Origin: Desulfosudaceae bacterium
GTDB taxonomy: Bacteria; Desulfobacterota; Desulfobacteria; Desulfobacterales; Desulfosudaceae
Assembly: GCA_963674745.2 (NCBI GenBank)
Contig: CAXXDV010000003.1
Location: 288,001-352,000, forward strand
DNA length: 64,000 bases
Direction: 5' to 3'
The position numbers were made by a program, and so were the translations under genes. Each line of letters opens with the position of its first letter. Position 1 is the stretch's first letter. Shown here one piece after another: positions 59,501-64,000 of this stretch. The notes beneath the pieces are model-generated. The model was given only the letters and a program-made list of their open reading frames with translations. It searched no databases and was not told the DNA's origin.

Positions 59501-61114
59501 TTTTTCCTGTATCTTCGTCAAAACCTGCCGGCAGGCCGTTACCAGGCCGGCCCGGGAAACATCGGCAAAAAGGAACAGGGCGACATCCCAGTCCGGACCG
59601 CGTGATGTCATCTTCCGGCAGGCAGCAGCCACCGGTTCGGTGTTTCCGGTTGTCGTCGATTTCGGGGCTTTTTTGGTCGGTTCCCGGTATTCTTCAAGCA
59701 CCACGTGGGCGTTGACGCCGCCGAAGCCAAAGGCGTTGACGCCCGCCCGGCGGGGTATGTACGGGGAGATACGGATCCATGGACGGGTTTCGGTGTTGAT
59801 ATAAAAAGGCGTATTTTCCAGATTGAATTTCGGGTTGGGTGTATCGCAATTCAATGTCGGCGGCAGAACTTTATGATGAAGCGCCAGAACCGTTTTGATC
59901 AGGCTGGCGATACCCGCCGCCGGCATGGCATGGCCGATCATGGACTTGACCGCTCCCAGCGCGCAGTGACGGGCGGCACCGTCGGCCTTTTTCCCGAACA
60001 CCGTGGCCAGGGACTGGATTTCCGCGGCATCGCCAACACTGGTGGCCGTGCCGTGGGCCTCGATCAGCCCGATCGTTCTGGGGGGGATCCCTGATGCCTG
60101 GTAAGCGCGTTCCAGAGCCAGTATCTCTCCCTCAACCCGCGGTGCGGCCACGCTGATGCCCCGGCCGTCGCTGGAACTGCCCACCCCGCGAATCACGGCA
60201 AAAATGCGGTTGCCGTCCCTTTTCGCGTCGGCCGTCCGTTTCAGAACGACGATACCGACGCCTTCGCCCGGCAGCATGCCGTCGGCTTCTGTGTCAAAAG
60301 GGCGGATTCGCCCCTGTTTGGACATGGCGCCCAGGGTACAGAAAACATTCAGAAAGGGGATGTTGTTGAAAATATGGACGCCGCCCGCCAGTGCCAGGTC
60401 GCTGCGTCCGGACAGAATCGCGGAAACAGCCGCGTCCACGGCAAACAAAGATGAGGCGCAGGCCGCGTCGATGATGTAGTTCGGCCCCATCAGGCCCAGC
60501 CGGTTGGCCACCCGGCCGGCGGTAATGTTGGGCATGACCGATGGTGCCGTTTCCGCTTCAAACGGTTTTAACGAGATCAGCAGGTTGTCCTTGAGTTCGT
60601 CGCCGGCACCGGGCGGCAGGTCCGGATGCAGTTGTTCCACCAGGCGCACGGTCTGGTCGACGATGAAGGTGCGCTGCAACAGGTTGAAGGCACCGGTACT
60701 CAAATAACTGCCTCTTCCCAGAATAAATGCCGTATTCTCATGGTCCGGGCCACCCGGTGCGATGCCGGCATGGCGCAGGGCCTGGTCCGCGGTTTTTAAT
60801 ACCAGAAATTGATCGGGTTCGCCGCCATTGACCGCCTTGGGCATGATACCGAACTCGGCCGCATTGAAACGAAAGGGGGAGTCCAGGTATCCGCCCCGTT
60901 TGGCATATACTTTGTCCCGGTCGTTAAAATCCGGATCGTAGAAACGCTCGGTGTCCCATCGGTCCGTTGGGGCATCGGTTACGGCATCGACCTTATGAAT
61001 GATATTGTGCCAGAACGTTTCCAGGTCGGGTGCCCGGGGAAAACGGCAGGCCATACCGATCACAGCCACGGTATCGTCAATATTTTCGGGTTTTATCTGA
61101 TAATCTGAATTCAT
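56579..61114 (-). CDS. Type I iterative PKS (KS-AT-DH-partial PPTase)
   Basis: KS: DAACASS, EAHGT, GHAM, GFGG. AT: GEG, GHSAG, EVHH. DH: LLDHPFG, LLDACAQ. Tail: ERIAAKDAVR...VSVSHT. Confidence 0.88.
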   Translation of the reverse strand: MNSDYQIKPENIDDTVAVIGMACRFPRAPDLETFWHNIIHKVDAVTDAPTDRWDTERFYDPDFNDRDKVYAKRGGYLDSPFRFNAAEFGIMPKAVNGGEPDQFLVLKTADQALRHAGIAPGGPDHENTAFILGRGSYLSTGAFNLLQRTFIVDQTVRLVEQLHPDLPPGAGDELKDNLLISLKPFEAETAPSVMPNITAGRVANRLGLMGPNYIIDAACASSLFAVDAAVSAILSGRSDLALAGGVHIFNNIPFLNVFCTLGAMSKQGRIRPFDTEADGMLPGEGVGIVVLKRTADAKRDGNRIFAVIRGVGSSSDGRGISVAAPRVEGEILALERAYQASGIPPRTIGLIEAHGTATSVGDAAEIQSLATVFGKKADGAARHCALGAVKSMIGHAMPAAGIASLIKTVLALHHKVLPPTLNCDTPNPKFNLENTPFYINTETRPWIRISPYIPRRAGVNAFGFGGVNAHVVLEEYREPTKKAPKSTTTGNTEPVAAACRKMTSRGPDWDVALFLFADVSRAGLVTACRQVLTKIQEKEGFDWRALSRTLLRNFTPEAQRLAVIAESADDLARKLEYAVTRLKAPNCRKIKDIKGIYYFEKPLAKTGKVAFMFPGEGAAYTNMMMDLCLHFPPVRDAFDEINMTVADRNKKSRYLPSQFIFPATLLSREEYDSLEAEFWKVDSGLQAILSSSLAMNDLLYRFGVAPDMIVGHSAGEYSAWIASGILDKQDLYRHQERIAAIYEDRGETPDTSMVAVSASVKKVKPLLDDIAGDIHISNDNCPHQVVVVGETGAMDRLRSSLKKSRLLFTDLPSREVHHTPMATHQASPLEAAFSALQIKSARVPVYSPVTAALYPRERNDILELMVGYWLHQLRFRETVEAMFQDGARIFIEVGPGNNLCGFVDDILRGKSVMTVPANTSRRSGTAQLCHLLGMLAAQHVDLALDLLTVDDRSVVPEQSESVPEKSTALVDLDLGLPELQWDETTLATWREKITPTAFCDIPANRAEKSRPADRTKKSRTRAMEKYMDTMARFLDLQKEMTMGLTGHDRTNARNDQSGSKAPWPMVDRMTVLEAGQRLHTERHIDLNHDVFLLDHPFGGDISQVDNRLFPLIITPLTLNMEVMIEAAAFLFSGKTPIGIRDVKANRWIEVDEEKGVHLAAEARLIAKDEAVVRLFNREAGRTPSTEARVLYAADYPETMPPEPVPAELTTPQAAERAGQMYVQKLMTHGRRFQIVNALTRTDQNEIIALLQAPGNHDLFSENNRQAFLINPLLLDACAQLTGYWAQEALSDRFITFPAGVKEIVLFTRPPRPGQWLWCRMRIRDISHQFVRSDLVIFNESGRAWARVTGWTHRRFDLPGELYRFYRFPLQHTISSTVSDETSVARQIKCTVPCYDQLDKTIWQKAIGYLYLNADERPLFRERLRQNDLIGRWLSERIAAKDAVRVFLRENRGRAVAPADITLYDDRRGNLIPQSRLVPSLEQQVAVSVSHTDDFVSARILPIKQLRKQEVG

Positions 61115-61123
61115 TATAGCCTT

Positions 61124-64000
61124 TTATTTTACGGCCAGGCGGTTCAAGGATTCACTGCCGATAATTTCCAGGCCTTCCATCATGCCGGTTAGCGAGCCTT
61201 CAGGTGTGAGAAAAAACACATCCGCCGACTTGATCCCGTTGTTATCCGGGGTCCGGACCCGCACTTCGCAACGCAGATCGTCCCCGTTGCGGGGGGCGTC
61301 AAAACGGAAGAATTTTTTCAGACGGGTCGGCAGGGGCGTGGCATTCATCCGGTTCCGCATCCACAAAGAAACCAGCTGAAGACCGCTGTCAATGATCAGC
61401 GGATCGATCAGCCAGTCATAATCATCGGAGGCAGCGGTCCTGGGCAGGTAAGCCTTTGGACGGGAGGCTTTCAGCCGGCCGATGATGCCGTCTTTTCCAA
61501 TGGTTTCCACATGCTGAATGCCGTGCCACAAGGGGCCGTGAAAGAGCTGCTTTTCATAAAGTTCAGAGACGGACAGGGTGAACGGCTCCGGGTCGGAAAT
61601 ATCCAGGGAAATATGCCGTCCAGGGGCCGGTTTTTCCCGAAGCAGCTCAACGTTAGCCCGGTAATAGATGCGTCGTTTATCGCGGCTGTCCCGGATCTGA
61701 ATATCCAGCGTGATCTGCCGGTTTGTGCTTATTACCGGATTCACTACGATGTTAATGGTTTCAAATCCGTTTTTCAGCACAACGCCCTTGAGCACATGAA
61801 AATTACTAAAAGTGCTGAGGAAATAGTCCGGATACCGGAAGGCCACGGCTTCGGCCATTATTTCCATGGCCATGGCCATGGGAAGTACCGGATAGCCGTC
61901 CAGTTTGTGGTCCTGGAGATAGTAATCATGATCGGTGTCCAGGCGGTGAACCAGTTCCACGTTTCCGTTTCCGCTGGGATAAAAATTGGAATTAGAAGAG
62001 AGCAGGGGCAGAGCTATCGTTCGGCTGTCGGCTGTCAGGGCTCTTTTTCGGCTGTCCCATCCGCCGTAAATGACTTCCGTGGCGGTTGCCGGTCCGTACA
62101 GAAGTTCGTTGATGAAGTGATTCACGCCCTCGTCCCGGGGAATCAGCGAAATGCCGGCGGCACTGAATTTTTCCTTGAGTTCCGCCGACACCATGCCCCG
62201 GCTTTCCCAGGGGCCCCAGATGAATGAGACGATCCGTCCCGGCCAGACCCGGTTCAGGTAAAGGGCGGTCTTGTTGTAGACTTCGTTGGCCGCGCCGTAG
62301 TCAGACTGACCGGCATTGCCGAATCTTCCGGCCACCGAAGAAAAAAGGGCCAGAAAACGAAGGCTGCCGGCCTGCAGGGCCTGGCTGAGAATAAAGAGGC
62401 TGTCCGCCTTGGTATCGAAGACCCGGTCAAATGATGTGATATCCTTGTCTTTGATCGGTTTGTCTTCAATCCGGCCGGCGCCGTGAATAACGCCGTCGAT
62501 TCCGCCATACGTTTCATTGATTGTATCGATCAAGCGGGAAAAACCTTCCGCGTCGGTGACGTCTCTTTGCAGATAATGGGCCTCAGATCCGAGTTCGCCT
62601 AACCGGTCCAGCGTTTCCCGGATTTCGCGTTGGGCGACCAGACGGTGATAGGCATTTTCAAGATCGGCCGGTCGGACTTTTTCACTTTGTGATTTCAGTT
62701 GTTCCGCCAGTATCGCTTTCAGTTGTCTTTCATCCTCGATGCCGATGGTTTCCGGATTCTCTTCCGCCAGCGGTGTTTTACCCACCAGCAGCAGCGTCGG
62801 CTGAAACCGTCTGGCCAGTTCCAGGGCTATGGCGGACGTAATCCCCCGGGCGCCGCCGGTGACCAGCAGGCGCGAACCGGGGCCAATCGTTATCTTCGGC
62901 GGATGGTTTGTTATCAACGGTTCTTCCAGAATGGCCAGAACCAGGCGGCAACCGTCCTGATATCCGACTTCGATATCCGCGGAGGGGGTCAGCAGTTCGT
63001 TGGTAATCTGGGTGGCAATGGTTTGTGGCGTGTCTTTGGGATCGTTATCCACAACCCGTATATTGAGGCCCGGCATTTCTTCGGCCAGGGCCTTTAAAAA
63101 ACCGCTGACGCCGCCGCCGACCGGCGAAAAATCCGGTTCGCCGGGTTTTTCGATTTCGACGACGCTGGCAAAAGTACCGCCCATGGCCGTAGCTGCAACA
63201 ATCCCGGAGACACCCGCCGGATTCGCCGAGGTCAGGTCCGTGGCCAGCAGTTTGGTGAGATAGAAGAGGCTTTTGATCATTGTCGCCGCTTCTTTTTTCC
63301 AGGTGGCCAGATCCGGGAAGGGGAAAGCACTGCCCGCTGCCAGAGGTGCCAGATGGAGCAGGGCGGTAACTGGGCCGTGGGTTTCCCGGATGTCATCCAC
63401 CGTTTCGGCCAGCCGGTCAAAATTTGTGAAATCCGCGCAATATACGGCCGTGTTGAAGTTTTCCGCGGTCAGATCCGTTGCCGGCAGATCATGCTCGAGA
63501 ATGATGACATTATAGCCCAGAGGTTCAAGCCCGGCCACAACCGCCCGGGCCAGCGGATCCCCCGGTATCATGGTCACCAGCACGGTGCCCTCGGCGGGAA
63601 ATGATTCCGGACTGACAATCAGGCCGCGTTTTTTGGCATAGAGGGTATATCGCCTGACCGGTGGTATATGGAGCGGGTCCGGCCGCTCTTCCGACGGTAA
63701 CGTGCCCGGCACCGAGGGGATTATCTGCTGTTCCATCCAGTCAGTCAAATCACCGAGACACGCGGCGTCCCCGGGAAACGGCCGGTCGGCTGCCGTCTTT
63801 GCGCCGGGTATGTCGGATTTAAACACTTCTGTCCATTTTGCGATAACCGTTTCTGTCAGCGCCTTGTCCATATTCAGATCGTTTTTCAGCCTAAGGTCCG
63901 GTTCCAGTATTTCCGCAGGATAGCCGGTATGCGATTCAACGATTTGATATAATACGTTCCTGACTGTCTTCTGGTCAGCGGTCAGGGAGGCCGTCGACGG
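61124..64000 (-). CDS. PfaA-like PKS C-terminal part (degenerate ACP-KR-DH), 5'-truncated by window edge
   Basis: Frame is open to 64000 (...IVESHTGYPAEILEPDLRLKNDLNMDKA). KR: VTGGARGIT, IHGAG..EDK, FSSVAG.FGN.GQSDY.AAN. DH: LQDH...PVLP, LFHGP. Confidence 0.88.
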   Translation of the reverse strand, partial: PSTASLTADQKTVRNVLYQIVESHTGYPAEILEPDLRLKNDLNMDKALTETVIAKWTEVFKSDIPGAKTAADRPFPGDAACLGDLTDWMEQQIIPSVPGTLPSEERPDPLHIPPVRRYTLYAKKRGLIVSPESFPAEGTVLVTMIPGDPLARAVVAGLEPLGYNVIILEHDLPATDLTAENFNTAVYCADFTNFDRLAETVDDIRETHGPVTALLHLAPLAAGSAFPFPDLATWKKEAATMIKSLFYLTKLLATDLTSANPAGVSGIVAATAMGGTFASVVEIEKPGEPDFSPVGGGVSGFLKALAEEMPGLNIRVVDNDPKDTPQTIATQITNELLTPSADIEVGYQDGCRLVLAILEEPLITNHPPKITIGPGSRLLVTGGARGITSAIALELARRFQPTLLLVGKTPLAEENPETIGIEDERQLKAILAEQLKSQSEKVRPADLENAYHRLVAQREIRETLDRLGELGSEAHYLQRDVTDAEGFSRLIDTINETYGGIDGVIHGAGRIEDKPIKDKDITSFDRVFDTKADSLFILSQALQAGSLRFLALFSSVAGRFGNAGQSDYGAANEVYNKTALYLNRVWPGRIVSFIWGPWESRGMVSAELKEKFSAAGISLIPRDEGVNHFINELLYGPATATEVIYGGWDSRKRALTADSRTIALPLLSSNSNFYPSGNGNVELVHRLDTDHDYYLQDHKLDGYPVLPMAMAMEIMAEAVAFRYPDYFLSTFSNFHVLKGVVLKNGFETINIVVNPVISTNRQITLDIQIRDSRDKRRIYYRANVELLREKPAPGRHISLDISDPEPFTLSVSELYEKQLFHGPLWHGIQHVETIGKDGIIGRLKASRPKAYLPRTAASDDYDWLIDPLIIDSGLQLVSLWMRNRMNATPLPTRLKKFFRFDAPRNGDDLRCEVRVRTPDNNGIKSADVFFLTPEGSLTGMMEGLEIIGSESLNRLAVK

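Overview
A 64-kb bacterial chromosomal window. Gene content and repeat style suggest a sulfate-reducing Desulfobacterales-type deltaproteobacterium (inference, not verified). In order it holds: the 3' end of a PilY1-like pilus adhesin; a ferredoxin; a DUF1846 protein; two tandem MetV-like Cys-rich proteins with a polyferredoxin; a domain-swapped ADP-forming acyl-CoA synthetase; a B12-binding radical SAM fused to an MBOAT-like membrane domain beside a LolA-like gene; an EAL phosphodiesterase; a DEAD-box helicase; a sigma-54 activator with a divergent target; a DtxR/MntR-regulated feoAB locus ending in a Mu Com-like zinc finger, a terminator and an LbtU-like porin; a YadA-type adhesin with a terminator-containing leader; a cobalamin island with three B12 riboswitches (BtuB, a propeller protein, BtuF-CbiZ, BtuFCD); a TMTC-like glycosyltransferase; an RND pump; and the distal part of a Pfa/Hgl-like iterative PKS cluster with ACP, phosphodiesterase-family enzyme, hydrolase, sulfotransferase and standalone AT. 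The best novelty candidates are a possible Com-protein antitermination switch in the iron operon, the radical SAM-MBOAT fusion with its LolA-like partner, and the sulfotransferase-containing lipid PKS. All calls come from motif reading by eye; no database search was run.
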